DNA of 64,000 nt from Camelus ferus (lineage: Eukaryota). The stretch spans positions 59,024,001 through 59,088,000 of the forward strand of contig NC_045699.1 in the NCBI RefSeq assembly GCF_009834535.1. The letters are read 5' to 3'. The notes beneath the pieces were generated by a model that saw only the letters and a program-made list of their open reading frames with translations, had not been told where the DNA came from and made no database searches. Shown here in pieces: positions 37,440 to 51,029 of the stretch. The translations under genes and the position numbers were made by a program. Within the stretch, counting starts at the first letter, position 1. Every line of letters begins with the position of its first letter.

Positions 37440-37830
37440 CTCCCTTTCCACCTTTCCCCCAAACCGGTAATCTATACTGCTACCAAAATTGTCTTCCCTG
37501 TTTACATCCTTTGCCCAGAAAGCCATTTCTCTCCGCCTTCTCATGGCTTGGTTTCTCCTTACCCCTCCAGTTAAGCCAGTATTCCTTCTCTGGGAAGTCT
37601 TTTCAGACTCTTCCTCAGCCTGTGTCTCATATCACTCATGCTCCTTACAGACCCCTACACTCTTCAGGCTGTGGTATAGCCATCCATTTTAAGGTCTTTC
37701 CTTCCTCATAAACCTATTAGCACCCTAAAGTCAGGACCACATTTTATTGAACTGTGAACCCAAGAAACCTAGAAGAAGTTGAGATGACTCAGTGAATGCT
37801 ATTTGGATGAATGAGTGGATAAACAGATGA
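37440..37830 (+). mobile_element. L2 fragment with 3-prime tail
   Basis: CCTTCTCTGGGAAGTCTTTTCAGACT..TCAGTGAATGCTATTTGGATGAATGAGTGG. Confidence 0.7.
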
Positions 37831-37984
37831 AATGATATAAATATATTTATCCAGAATTTGAAAAAGTGGTCAAAACAATGGAGGTAATTAGCTAGCACGA
37901 AGCTAACTAGCTGGATTTACTTTTCCTGTGCTCTTTTTTCATGAACATTAAAGATAAAGTGATATTGACATATTTGTCATCTTA

Positions 37985-38180
37985 CATTCATGGAAAATTG
38001 TATGTGTGATTATGCATAAAAAGATACATGCAGGGGTTCTGACCAGAATGTTCTTGGTAGCTGCCTCAAGGTGATGGAATTGGATATGATTTTTACTTTA
38101 TTTTTAATTAATTCACATAGTGCTCAAATTTTTTAAAGCAAGCATGGGTGTCAGTTATGGTTAGAAAAAAATAAAACAAT
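37985..38180 (+). mobile_element. L1ME-class 3-prime end fragment
   Basis: ACCAGAATGTT..GGTAGCTG..GGTGATGGAATT..GATTTTTACTTT followed by an A-rich end. Confidence 0.55.
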
Positions 38181-38589
38181 TATGAATTTCTTCTCAATTA
38201 AAAAAGAAAATCAGCGCTCACTCACCCTAGTAATATGTTAGCGCTTAAGCCATTTTGCTCTGTAATTCTACATGAGAAATAAAATCTAATTTCATCTGAG
38301 TTGCAGCTTTCTGAAAGACTTTTAGAACTATAAAGGGGGGCTCACCTTATCTTCAGATAGTTTCAGTGCTCTGTATTTGATTGGATATTAACGCATTGCT
38401 CACTAGTGTGTGCTTATCCAAGGAGTCATCTCAATGTGATAGAAAGGTCAAGGCTTCTAGAGTCAAGCAGTGTAGTTTAAATTCTGCTTTATAACTGTTG
38501 TCTCCCTGACTTTGGGCAGATCACGGAACTACACTGAACAATGCAAATGATTTCTACCTTTCAGATGTATATTAGAAATAGTATGTGGA

Positions 38590-41500
38590 AATATGGTGGA
38601 CTAGCTAATCTAAAAATATTTCCAGTACAAACATCTATCCAGACATCCCAGATAAAATATAACTGATGCAACTAACATCCTTTAAAATGTATGACTGAGA
38701 TCAGAGAAATAGAAAAATGTGTTGCCAAAGGAAATAAAATAGAACTGAGAACTAGACAGGTTAGCCCTGAATCTAATGTTTTATTGATGTAGTTTGAATA
38801 AGGGAGAGCCATCAGCATTGGCAACTGAATGAATTGAATATTCTTGCTTATTCCAGGAGTGGAGATTGGCCCTGAAACTCTGCAAGGAGGGGAGTTATAA
38901 CTGAGGGCTTCAAAGTAAGATTAGGACCTCTGAAACCTACATGTTTAGTGAAAGGGTGTACTAGAGAAAAAAATACCTATATCTATGCTCTATGTACCTC
39001 ACAAAGATTTGAGGTTTGAGTTTATACTGCTCAGTATGTTTGAGAATACCTGAACTGAAAAACTAACTGGAGAAAAAGAAAAAGAAACGGTTCTTTCTAG
39101 ATGAGTAATGTTCTAAGAGAGATGCCTAGAAGTTATCCTCTTGAGGAGGATACAGACTTGACCTAGGAGACACATGATTCCCACAGATTAAAACCCAATG
39201 AACATGAATTCATATGTCAAAATTAAAAAACACAAAAATGTAAAAAAATGGTAAGAGTAATGGCCAGAAATTGACATCATTTTTTAAATTAAATTTCAAT
39301 TTTGATAATACATATGCATATTTGTATTTTAGTGTAATCAAGAAAAGAAATAAAATTAGAGAATATAAGCTGCAAAAATTAGATACACTAAGAAGGGGAA
39401 AAGAGTAGAAATAAAGAAATCCAATACATTCAAATGAAGGTGAGAAAGGGGAAAAATAAATAAGCAAGGAAAACGAGTGATAACTGGAAAGCACAAACAA
39501 GATGGGAGAAATAAATCTAATATAATAAGTCATTACACTAATCAGATTAAAGTCAACTATGAAGATGAAGATTCTCAGGTTTTATTTAACTAAAGATAAG
39601 TTCACTGAAAGGTTAAAGGTAAATATTTACCCAGGCAAATATGAACCAAAGCACATTAATATTATTATCAGGCAAAGGAAACATTAAGGCAAAAAAAATA
39701 TTATTAACATAAAGAGATCACCATATAATGGTAAAAGAAAGTTATATAATGATTTTGAACTTGGATATACCAAATAACATGACCTGACAATCTATAAATC
39801 AAATATGACTCTTACCTAAAAAGTAAGTGATAAATCCATAATGATATTATGCTATTTTAATACACCTTTATCAATAATTAATAGATCAAGCAAACAAATA
39901 GAAGAATGTTCTAAGAGATTTTGGACAACACAAAGAAATGTTTCATCTGATAAAAATATATAGAATCCTGCTGCTGAATTAAGTATAAATATTTTCTTCT
40001 AGGATATGTAGAACATGTTTGTTTTAATTTACATGTCCCAGGCCACAGAACAAATATCTAAGAATTAGTATCATGTAGAACAGTATTTCTGTTTACAACA
40101 CAACGCATAAATATATAAACAAGTGAACAAGCAGACAAGTAAATAAATGAAGAAGATAAAAACTTTTGGTCAATTAAATGTATCACTGAAAAGCAAAAGT
40201 CTTAATTAGGATCCTAGCAGACAGAATTCAGCAATGTGTTAAAACGCACACACTCAAACACACACATTGTGCCAACGCTGGAGTTTCACAGAATGAGACT
40301 TCAAAATTAGATGGCCTATTATTGTAATTCACAATACCAGCATACTAAATGATTTTTCAAAATGAGATTGTCTTACTAGATGCAGAGTCTTAAAACTCTT
40401 GATAAAATCAGGTCTCTTCATGATAAAAAGCAAAACAAAACAAAACAGGAAGTGAACTGCAAATAGAAAGACACATCCTTAATAGAATAAAGGGTCTACA
40501 CTGAAATACAGTAGGCGTCATGCTTAATGATACAATGTAAGTATTCCTCTGATTCCAGGATCAAACCAGGAATGCCCAGTAACACCATTAGTCCCGCCTA
40601 GCCCAGCTAGGCAAGAAATGTAAACAAAAATGCCGAGGATTGAAAAGGGAGAAACTAAACTATCATTATCTGCATCTGTAAGAGAATACATAGAAAAATT
40701 AATAAGAACAAATTATTGGAACTAATAGTCTACAAGGACTTATAAATAGAGTATCAATTTATAAATCATTTTTGTCAGTCCCAGAATACAAATATAGATA
40801 TACTTGCACGTGTGTATATGTGTGTGGGGGTAGATAGATAGATACATTACAGCTACCATTTACTGTAGCACTGACATCTATAAAAATGCTTAGAATTAGG
40901 AGTATATCCCTAATAAAAAAATCATCACAATTTTTATGAAGAAAGCTTTAAAACTTTACTGAAATCATAAAAGCAGACCTAAATAAATAAAGATAAACCG
41001 TGTGTGTAAATGGGAGGATGCCATGTCATAAAGAAGTCTTTTCTCTTCAAATGCATCTATAAATTCAATGAAATTAGAATTAAAATCCCAACACACACTT
41101 TAAAAAGTGAAACTGAAGATTCACATGGAAGAGCAAAAAGGCCTCTTGGTGGAGAAAACTGAAGTATTGAAAGGACTTGTAGCATAAATCAAGACCTTTT
41201 TAAAACTATGGAAATTAGAGACAGACTGCTATTGATAAGATGATAGAAAAAAAAGTAGATTAATGAAACAAGGTAACCCAGAAACCAGCTTATCTAAGTA
41301 CTGAATGATACATGGTACAGGCCGTATCACAATTCAGTAGTGCAAGGATTAACTTTTACATAAATAATGTCAGACAAATGATTCGTCCCTGTTTGGAGGA
41401 AAAACAATTCTTACCACACATCATTTTAAAAACTATATTGTAGTCAATTGAGGCCATACATGTAAAAATACAAAATAAAAATAAAAACTATTGAAAGGAA

Positions 41501-42700
41501 ATAGGGGAAGCTACTTTATTACGTTGGAGTAAAGAAATATTTATTCAACAAGCCATAAAAAGGACAAATCATGAAGGAGATGATTAAAATTTTTTATTCA
41601 ACAAAGCAGCTTAAACAGAATGAAAAAAGAGAGTCAGACTTGAAATTGTTATTTGCAGAATCTTTAATTGCAAAGGATTAGTATCTAGTGAACATTAATT
41701 CATAACATCAACAAAGAAAAAGACTAAGGACCCAACTTAAAAATAGGCCAGTGTGATGAACAAGCAGTCAACCTAGCTGGAAACACGGGGTCAGCAAACC
41801 CATGAAATGATACTCAGGCTTGTTAGTAATTAGGGAAAGGCAAAATAAAATAATTAAATATCATTTAATACCCATCAGATTGGCTAAAAATCAAATGTTT
41901 GTTCCAATCAAGTGCTGACAAGGACCTGGAGCAATGGGAAATCTGTGGGTAGGTGTGTTAATAGGTACAGCAATTTTGGAGAACAATTTGGCAACATCTA
42001 ATGAAGTTGAAGATGCAATCATTTTCAATCTAGCAATACCACTGTAGACATAGTTCCTTCAATAAACTCTAGCTTTATTTGCAAAGGAACATGGGCACAA
42101 ATGTTTAAAGCAACATTATTGGAAATAACAAACAAAAAAGATTAAATAATAGTGATAGAATAATAAGAGAGAGATAACCTAGGTGTCTATCAGGAAAAGA
42201 ATGATCAGACGAAGCGTGTTATGCTCATACAGTAGAAGACTTACGTCTGAAAACAATGAGCTGGATTTACACGTCAGTCTGTTGATCATCTACATGATCA
42301 ATATGTGTGACCTCAAAAGCAATGCTGGGCAAAAAAAAAAAAGCCAGCTGCATAATAATAGTACTAATAATGGTATTAATACTAGTATTAATATTAATAA
42401 TTGTATTAATAACAGTATTTAAAAATCAGTGAAGTTTAAAACATGCAAAACAATTCATACGTACAAAAAGGATAAAAGCATTCATGGAAGAGAGAGAAAT
42501 GGGACAAAAGAAGAGCACCTAGGTGGGTTGAAAACAAATATATAAAACAGAATATTTTATTTCTTTTATACCATCAGATAAAAGACATGAAGAAAATATG
42601 GCAAAACATTATAATTTGACAAAGCTGGGTAATAAGTCTAAGGACATTTGTTACAGTGTTCTCTGTACTTTTCTACATGTAATATATTTTCTAATCAAAA
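38590..42700 (+). mobile_element. Old, internally deleted L1 (L1MD/L1ME class) running from a 5-prime-UTR-like start to its 3-prime end
   Basis: A-rich + strand with recognisable ORF2 remnants (AAAGCAGACCTAAATAAAT, ATAAATTCAATGAAAT..AAAATCCCAACA, ATACCCATCAGATTGGCTAAAA, GAACAATTTGGCAACATCTA) and an L1ME-like 3-prime end; many stops. Confidence 0.85.
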
Positions 42701-43309
42701 CAATAATAATGGTATGTATAAAGACCTTTGGCACATCATCTCAGGCTCAAAAGTGATGGTTTCCTTCTCTTCCTATTCTTGGCTGGAAGCTGGTATCCAA
42801 AGTGCCCAGGCACTCCCCTTTCATCCGTAGCCCAAGGCAGCGCTGGAATACTTGGGCTCTTCCTGAGCCAGAGACATCTTAGGTGGTCCCCCCACCACGT
42901 CTCCCAGCTCCGTCAATCTGGGTGGTAGATTCTGAACTACACCCATTCTCAGTGCAGAATCAGGCAGCTTCTAGCTTGCAGAAAAGCTCATGAGAGAAAG
43001 ACACAACCCTACATTCCTCGTTAAATTAGAGCTGCTCATCACGTCCTCCCCAGATTCCAATTTCATAGCTGAAGACATGGATGGTCAGAGAGATGAAATA
43101 GCCCACTGTCAGTGAATCGGTGGTGGTGTTTAAGAGAATGTGTGTCTCCTGGGGCTTCTGGAACTTCCCAACTGGTCTTTGAATGCAGACTCTACTCGAT
43201 TCAGAAACTAGGTCTTTTCACTTCTGTACTGCTGTATTTTCCAGTTTCTAAGAGCTGGGGGCTTCCACCTCCAGAAGGCACTATCTTGGGATGGAATTAG
43301 GTGACTTGG

Positions 43310-43520
43310 CTCAAGTCCCTGCCCTATGATGAAAGCCATGTGACTGTGGGCAGCTAGGTTAACCTCCTTAAGTATTAGTTCCCTCATCCTAGAACTCTTC
43401 ATAGTAATTATTCAAGGGGCTGTTGTTTTGCTTAAATGAGATTATTCATAGAAACTACCAGGCCTAGTGCCTGGCATATGATAAATAGGCAACAAATGGA
43501 AACTATAATTGCTATAATTA
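43310..43520 (+). mobile_element. MIR
   Basis: CATGTGACTGTGGGCAG..TAAATGAGATTA..TAGTGCCTGGCATATGATAA. Confidence 0.75.
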
Positions 43521-46500
43521 TTGCAGAAGGTGCAGTGTCAAAAAAAGGATGACACAGTTGAGTTACGCAGACTATTTGGAGAGATAGAGTGTGATAAATT
43601 AATATTATAACATGGAACAATAGGAGGTCAATAAGGAATAATCAGGAGACTCTGAGAGAATTTCCTGGAAGCAGCAAAATGGGATATTTCCATCATGCAG
43701 TGAGGTTCTCCCTCTCTTTTTCCTATTGTACTTTTCATATTTCTCATTTTATCTTCACATTGATATTGGACAAGAATCATATATCTTAATTAAAACGTAG
43801 AAAAACAGACCCCAAAAGTGAAATGACTTGCCTGTAGATTTCAGATGGGTGTTTAATTGACCTATCAAGATACTAACTGCACACCAACACTAAGAAATAT
43901 GCATTTTTGTCAAAAGCTAAGTCATAGGTCGCTTAGATTCCTTAAGAATGTGTATTTCCTTAAAATAATGATTTCATGAGCTACAACTAAATTTTCTGTT
44001 AATTGTGCTCCAAGTTTGATACACATTACCGTCTATATTTCTGAGGAGGAACACTGAAAAAAATCATACCAGTTAGATATGCCAGGATTATTGTTTCTAA
44101 CCTAAGGCAAGTATGTCACTTGAGACATTTGTGAAAGAATGATGATTGAATGTTTAAAAACATAAAAAAAAACCCACAAAGTCATACGAAGGATGTGAAA
44201 AACAGCCGTTCAAAACTAGCCAAACAATTTCATCACATTTAAATAACTGCAATTTAAATTTATCAGCTAGAAACATGAAAGTAATCTAAGATGCAATTTG
44301 AAGAATTGATGATTAAATACTAATTGAGGTTGGCTTTTTAAAAAAATAAAATGGCACTCAGAATTTTATGATAGAAATCAGAAGTGATAAAACTAATCAT
44401 GTTTCAGATGAAGTGGTAAAATTTTGGTTCCAAACAAAGAGTAAATAGGAAGTTTCAACTTGGTAGCACGCTCCCTCACTGCACTAAATTAGAAGATTTT
44501 GAGCTGGAGAGTGGCTCTAAGAATAGTCTAAGTATATTCTGATGGTGTTGGCAGGACTGGGCAAGGGAGATACTAGGGGCAGGAGGGCAGGCCAGGGGCT
44601 GCTTCAGCCGTCAAGGTAGGGATGTAGGTGGCAGCAGGGGAGCAGAGGGAATGCCATGGAAGCTTTTGGGTGGGGAAACTTGACAAGGCTCAGGGTCTGC
44701 CTCAGGAGGGGAAGCAGTTCATGTGCAAAGACTTTCCAGATGGTTTTCAGAGCACCTGAAAGGAACAACTTGACATAAATGTCCTGCTTTTAGACCAGCC
44801 ATGAAATAGGTCCTAACCTCCAGCAGCCATTGGTCTGTCCTCGAAGAATTCTCTTCTACCTTAGACTCTTGAGAAGAGAGCCCTTGTTTAGCATTAATTG
44901 TGACTTTAACTTGGGGAAACTATAGTTTTATCACAAGAATTCTGCAGTGGAAAAATATAATCTTTTTTGTAGTATCTGTACCCTGTTCTCCCTTCCCTGC
45001 CTTTTTATGAAGGGAATGACTTGGGCTTCTGTTTTCCTATCTGAAAACTTGGGATAACAATGCCTGCTTCAAAGAGCCACTGTCAGGCTTCTGTGAGATA
45101 ATGACGCCTGCGTCATGTGCTCATAGTTGAAGGAGGGTTATTAGGGTTTCTCTACCAGTCAGATGTGTTCTCTGTGATGCTGGTGGGTAAGAAGGAGGAC
45201 AGTGGGTGGAAGTTATTAGGGGATGGGTTTTGCCTCGGGGTAAAGATAAACCTTCTGGGATCCAGAAATTTCTGAAGTTGGAATAACCACCTCGAGAGAG
45301 AGCAAGCCTACCGGCGCTGAGGATGTTCTAGACAAATGATGTGGTAGAAAAGAGACTTTCCATCAAGCTATGACACATGATAGGTGAGCCCCATCCGTCT
45401 TCTTGCATTTACTAAACCAGGTGTACATATAGTTATTTGTCACTCCATCCCTTCTAGCAAAGAGAGCATAGCATGACTCCAGTAAGTGAGAACGTGGATA
45501 ATGCAGCATTAATAGTAATGGGTTAACATTTATTAACTACTTATTATTGGCCAGGCACAATATACATACATTCTCACATTCAATCTGTGGGAAAATGCTC
45601 TGAGTCCAGGTTTATGACTAATTTGAAATAGGCTCAGGGCAGTGAAACTCCTGTCTGTGACTTCTCCGCTAGCCGTGGATGAAGCCAGTGGAGACATGTT
45701 TGTTTGCCTCAAAGTGGTGTTTATGGAGGAGGAGGAAGATAGGAGGAGGGGAGGGCAAGGTGGGGGAGGAAGAAAATATTCACAAACGTTAGCAGAGCAC
45801 CCAAATATTATCAACCATAAATCATGTGTGACACACACCACAAATGAAAAACACAACACGGAGAAGTAATTTTCACACTCTCGTGCTTTTCCCAGAAGCA
45901 CTCCATCTGCTTCAGACAGTGACCAGATGCCCCTGGTGGCCTAGGATGTAGCCTGAAGACAATTTCTTATTTTATTCCATAATGTGGCCATATTTGTATA
46001 GTGTAAAACATACCTCCGTATTTTAGAGCAAAATTTATGTGCAGTAGAACGCATGTCATTTTTATCTTGTGTCTTCATGTGTCCCCTAGGAAAACCACTC
46101 TTTCCCCTCCGGGTGCAATATTCCAGCTTTAGAAGCACCATCAGAAAATATATACGTTCATTAGTGTAGAGGAGGTTAAAATATCCAATAAACTTTTTTA
46201 AAAGCCTATAATTATATCAACAAATTAGCATTCCAGAGTTTTACAAGGCAACAGTTATTCATACAGTCGTACGTACGGTATCTCAAGGTTTTTATGCATT
46301 TCAACTACTTGGTTTACATCGACAGGTCACTGATGGAATCCCCAGGGTCTTCTGGTCTACCCCAGTATCACTGTGGGCTCCAGCACTGCTGAAATGAACG
46401 CCCTTTGGGGTAATAAACCCATCGTCGTCAGGAAGGCTGTGTTCCTCACCAGCCTCCTTCCGTGCTCGTAAGCTCCAGCTTGCTGTGTTGAGAGCCAGGA

Positions 46501-47876
46501 GACATTGTATGTCTGTTGTCCCTGCACCTGTTATCCTACTGACCTTATCTAAACAGCCCCAACCCGAACAGCAGCTGAAACAACAGATGGGCAGGAGGAC
46601 TTGACATTTTTTGACACCGTTCTTTTGTTTATGAAATCCGCACCCCCCCCAGCCCGAACTCTGGAATCTGATAGGAATGCCCTTCATTATCATTTTGTGT
46701 TTTTTTTCTCATGACACTTTTTTTTTTTATTATTAAAAAGTAAATAACTGGTGCAGAGGGAGATGAAGGAGAGGAATAACATCTCCCTTTGAAAATGGTC
46801 AAAAAGGAAAGGGGGCTGGTGATTTGGTCATGTGGAGTCTCTGTAAATCTGTCTTTGCCTTGGAGGATAAATGGCAGTATCCAGGTTCCTTTGAGGGCAG
46901 GGTGACTTCAAGCAGGGAGCTGAGAGGGCATCACAGGGAAGGGAGGTAAGCTGGTGTGAGGGTGAGTGCAAGGAAGGCGGAACAGGCATTGTGATAGGAG
47001 GTCTTAAGAGCAGAGGAGAGCTGCAATCTAGGCACACTGGAAATCTAGCAGGAACAATGCCTGGGATTGCAGCTCTGGGACAGGACTCCCCCTTTGCAAG
47101 GGTTGAGACTGTTAAAACGGGCCTGATCTAGGGTTTAGGGAGGCAGAATGCAAAATATAATTTAATGACAGGGTTATAAGCAAGTTGCTTACCCTCTCTA
47201 TGCCTCAGATTCATCACCTGTAAGATACACGTGAAAAATACTCGTACACATGTGTTGTTCTGATTCTCAGGTGAGAAAATTCATGGAAACTGCTTATCGC
47301 CAGGCCTGACGGTTCAATGAATGGGCTGCTGCTATTATTATTTTAGTCAAGAGTGAGAGACACAAAGAGGAGCAAGTGGCAGGGAGGGAGAGAATCACTG
47401 GATGTGAAATATAAGGAAAGGGCTTGCCTGCTTGTGATGGGGTTTCTGCCCAGGTCTTCAAACGAGGGGAACAGATCAGACAACGCCCAGAATCTGGCGT
47501 GGTGCTTCTCCTTTCCCACCTCTGTGCCTTTGCTTTTCCCACTTACTTGTCCTGGACAGCATTCTCCCAAACACCTTCATTGCAGGCTACATGTCATTCA
47601 TTTCTTCCCCACCAGGGTAACTGCAAAGGTGAAATTAAAGATAAAAAGTACCTAGTAAATATTCATGGTCTTGTCAATTGATACTATACTTCAGGGCAGT
47701 CCATCGTGCATAGGAGAGTGCCTTAATCACAGTAGACATGAAAGATTGTTGGATAACTGAATGTGCATGTGATAGCAAAACCAAGCAAGACTGACGGAAA
47801 TGCACGTAAGGAGGCCCATTTTGTCTGCCCCCAGCCTTGTGCCTGTAGAGTTAATAGTCTTCTTTATGTTTTCCAG

Positions 47877-48005
47877 GGATCTAAACCTTGGCAGTGTGTA
47901 CCAGTACTGGGTCATCACTATTTCAGGAAATGAGGAGAGTGAGCCGTCACCGGCTGCCGTATACATCCATGGAAGCGGGTACTGCGGCGATGGCATCATC
48001 CAGAA
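47877..48005 (+). CDS. PAPPA: Pappalysin-1 exon (exon 8 equivalent, 129 nt, phase 2-2)
   Basis: Acceptor ctttatgttttccag|G, donor GAA|GTGAGT. Encodes DLNLGSVYQYWVITISGNEESEPSPAAVYIHGSGYCGDGIIQK. Confidence 0.97.
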
Positions 48006-48829
48006 GTGAGTAGATCTAACGAAAGAGAGGGGTGGGGCTGATGCTAAGGAGGCCAAGAGGCAGTCAGGGTGCCAAACAGAAGAGCTTAGAGATACCATCC
48101 AGTGTGTGAGCTGTGAGTTACCAGGGATCACAAGCAGTCTGTCGGTTTGTCTGCAAGCAGTTTGTTGACCTCAGGGGAAAAGCAATGATTGTTTTTTGAA
48201 CACACACATTTCTCAAGTATGTAATACCATCTAGGATTTCGCCAGAGCCACCGTTACGCACCCACCACCAGGATGCTCTTGTTCTTAATTGTTTTTACGT
48301 GTGCTACATGGATTCCATTAGTCTTTCCCACCCCAGCCCACGTTCAGTCGACAGGACACAGTGTTCTGGGCTCAAACACTTTTATGCTCTTTGCTGGTTA
48401 CCATTTATATTTATTAACACTGCACACTTGTTATTTCTCTTGTATCCTGTTATATGAACAATTTACAAAATGGGTCAGGCTCCTGAGAAAGAGCAAAATA
48501 TCCTAATTCCCTGTAATGTTGAGACTATAAATAGGAAACAGTACTCCAGAGTGAATATCGAATGTGACTGTAAGTACAGGGAGGCAAAGGAATAGTCAGT
48601 GTAAAGATTCCACACAAACAGACAAAAAGGGAAATGCATGATTAGAAAATATAAAGCTGTGTGTCTGAAAAATGAATTTTATTGGATCATGAGTTCATTC
48701 ATCCCCTTGTCCACTGGGCAAGATGTTAGGAAACTGAGAAATGGTGGCAAGAAGCCATCAAGGCTTTTGCATTGTTTTAAAAAAAAAAAGTAGTAAACCT
48801 CTTAATTTTTTTTCCTCCAGAATCAACAC

Positions 48830-50020
48830 CAATGTTTTCTGGCACTGGATTGAATAGTTTTGTCCCTAGAGATGAAAAAGTGACCAAAAATCACACACAG
48901 TTCCTTATTACTAAAATTGTGTTCCTTATTGCTAACACAGTCACAGGTCACACTATTGCTAAGGGACTTTTAAAACTATTGGCAGATTTGACGATAAACA
49001 TCGTGTATGTAGGTGATACAACAAGCTACAGGCAAAATCCCTTCATTAAATGACACTGTTGGGTGTCCCGTAGTCTCTGTGCAACACGGCATTGCAGTGA
49101 CTCTCACTGCAGGGGGCGGGGCACTGTCAGGAGAATCCGTTCCCCGGATGGATGAAAGCACTGACGTACAGAACGTGAATCCGCTCGTAGGTGTAGTATG
49201 CATGTAAAAGAGCAGGATTCGATGGCTGTTTCTTCTAGTTCATCACTGGCACCAGCACTGGAGGGCAAGTGCCGTTTAACTTGGTCCTGATGATTCTGTG
49301 GTGTGTCCTATGAACTGGAAACTTGCTATGGGGTGAGAGGCCCAGCCGGGACACAGCAAGGACGACACATTCGTGCAAGGGAAGAGCGTGTACACGGATA
49401 CCCATCCACACGGACATCGGTTATTGGCCAGCAGTTTGCTTTCGGATCATGACTTAGCGCTGAAGGGAAAAGTGGGTGTTGCGTCTATGATCCGACGAGG
49501 GCCAGTGAGTAACATCTCAGCTTGCTGTGTCAAAAGGGAGTGGCGTGTGCAAGATTCTGCTCCCCCACGCACGCTAAAATATACGGGCTGTTACGAGAAA
49601 GGTACTAAGTCAAGTTTTTGAAATAAGGAATGACATTTTTTTTTTAACGTTGACACTGATAAAGCCAGTAAGGATTATTTACACGGTTTCAAGTGGCTTG
49701 CTGAAGTGATGTTATCTCAGGGGTATATAATCGTCTCTTGAATGTCCTGCAGCTATAATTTCCATGCTGAATTATCAAGATGTTACTACTGAGGAGATAA
49801 TATAAAGATTTTTAAGTGTTGAGTTATGGTGCAAACCACCTGATTGCCAAGAACATGACTCCTCAAACGTGGAAGATAAAGCTCCTCACTTGTCAGAGAA
49901 TGGAATTGATGGCGTGCTGTTGTGTGTCTTTAAGATCTTCATCCAAATGCAATAACCAAACATGAAGATACGGTTTTCAGGGCTTAATGTAACTAAATCA
50001 AGGAAAGGGAAGACGGTCAC
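48830..50020 (+). mobile_element. Fossil hAT-Charlie (Buster/ZBED5-like) transposase, fragmented
   Basis: Transposase motifs in the expected order across frames: LIA..HTIAKGLL, SLNDTV, MDESTDVQN (catalytic-Asp motif, 49148), HRLLA (CxxH region), RKVLSQVFEIRND, KWLAEV, RFSGLNVTKSRK. Stops and frameshifts throughout; TIRs not located. Confidence 0.85.
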
Positions 50021-50754
50021 TGTTCTCTCCCACATTAAGACATCGACTTCTAGCTCTCGATGAGGCTGTTGTCTGATGAAACACTGAGCAACCGAGCAAG
50101 AAGTCCTCCCGGGAAAGTGCCCCATCATTTGCGGGTCCAAGACTGAGCTGCCTGTCCAGAATGTCCAGGAAACACTCGTGGTCACTGCTGGCAACTCCTC
50201 ACTGTGATCTGGGATTTTCTAACTTAGCACAAGGAATAAAAGAAGAAACTCTCTAGGTGTAGAACCAGATCTGCAATTCAGTCTATCCATTTTGGAGTCA
50301 GGTATAGATACACTGGTGAAACACTGCGAATAGTATCATTCTTCTCACTGGCCTGAAATTATTACTATTGTTATTAACGTAAATAGTATTCTTAACAAAG
50401 GTTTTTTTTTTCCTTTAGTATTTTTTACCTAGAATTAGTATCCTTCATAGACATCAAATACTTGTTAAGTTATAGGTACCAAATAGTAGTTGGCACACTT
50501 TGTAGAAAACTGAATGCAGCTTATGGATGGTTCCCTAAGCAAAAACAAAGCAAAGCAAAGCAAAACAAACAAAAAAAGCAAAATAAACTTTGAGGGGGAG
50601 AAGGAATGTCATCTTTGCTAATTGGATTTTCAGAGGATGATACATTGACTAATTTGCTGTATACATGCAAAGGAATTTACAAAGAAATACAGAGAGACTC
50701 AACAGTGAGGCCCCTGATGGATGAAAGCACTGGATGAAGGTTATAATAATGATA

Positions 50755-50960
50755 AGTATAAATATTTATTGAGCCTCTACTAGGCAGGAGGCACTGTGCT
50801 ACATTAGTATCTCCCTGGGTCCTTCCAACAACCATACGAGATAGGTCTTATTACCATACTTTATGAAAGAGGCAACTTGTGCACAAAGACTAAAATGGTT
50901 TTCTGAAGCTTGCAGACCCAGTTAGGAGCAGAGCCAAGATGTGAGCCCAGGGCCCAGGTT
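50755..50960 (-). mobile_element. MIR
   Basis: AATATTTATTGAGCCTCTACT..GGCACTGTGCTA..AACAACCATACGAGATAGG..GGAGCAGAGCCAAGATGTGAGCCCAGG. Confidence 0.8.
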
Positions 50961-51029
50961 CTCATCTGGATTTGCCATTGCCTTGCTGTGTGGCCGACAG
51001 CCCTGCAAAACCAACAAGCGAAGGAGTAG

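Noticed and set aside
39210-39533. 107-aa F/L/Y-rich minus-strand ORF
   Set aside because: Reverse of the A-rich L1 strand; low-complexity artefact.
48900-48935. 21-bp-period duplication GTTCCTTATTRCTAA in the transposase relic
   Set aside because: An ordinary slippage duplication in dead sequence.
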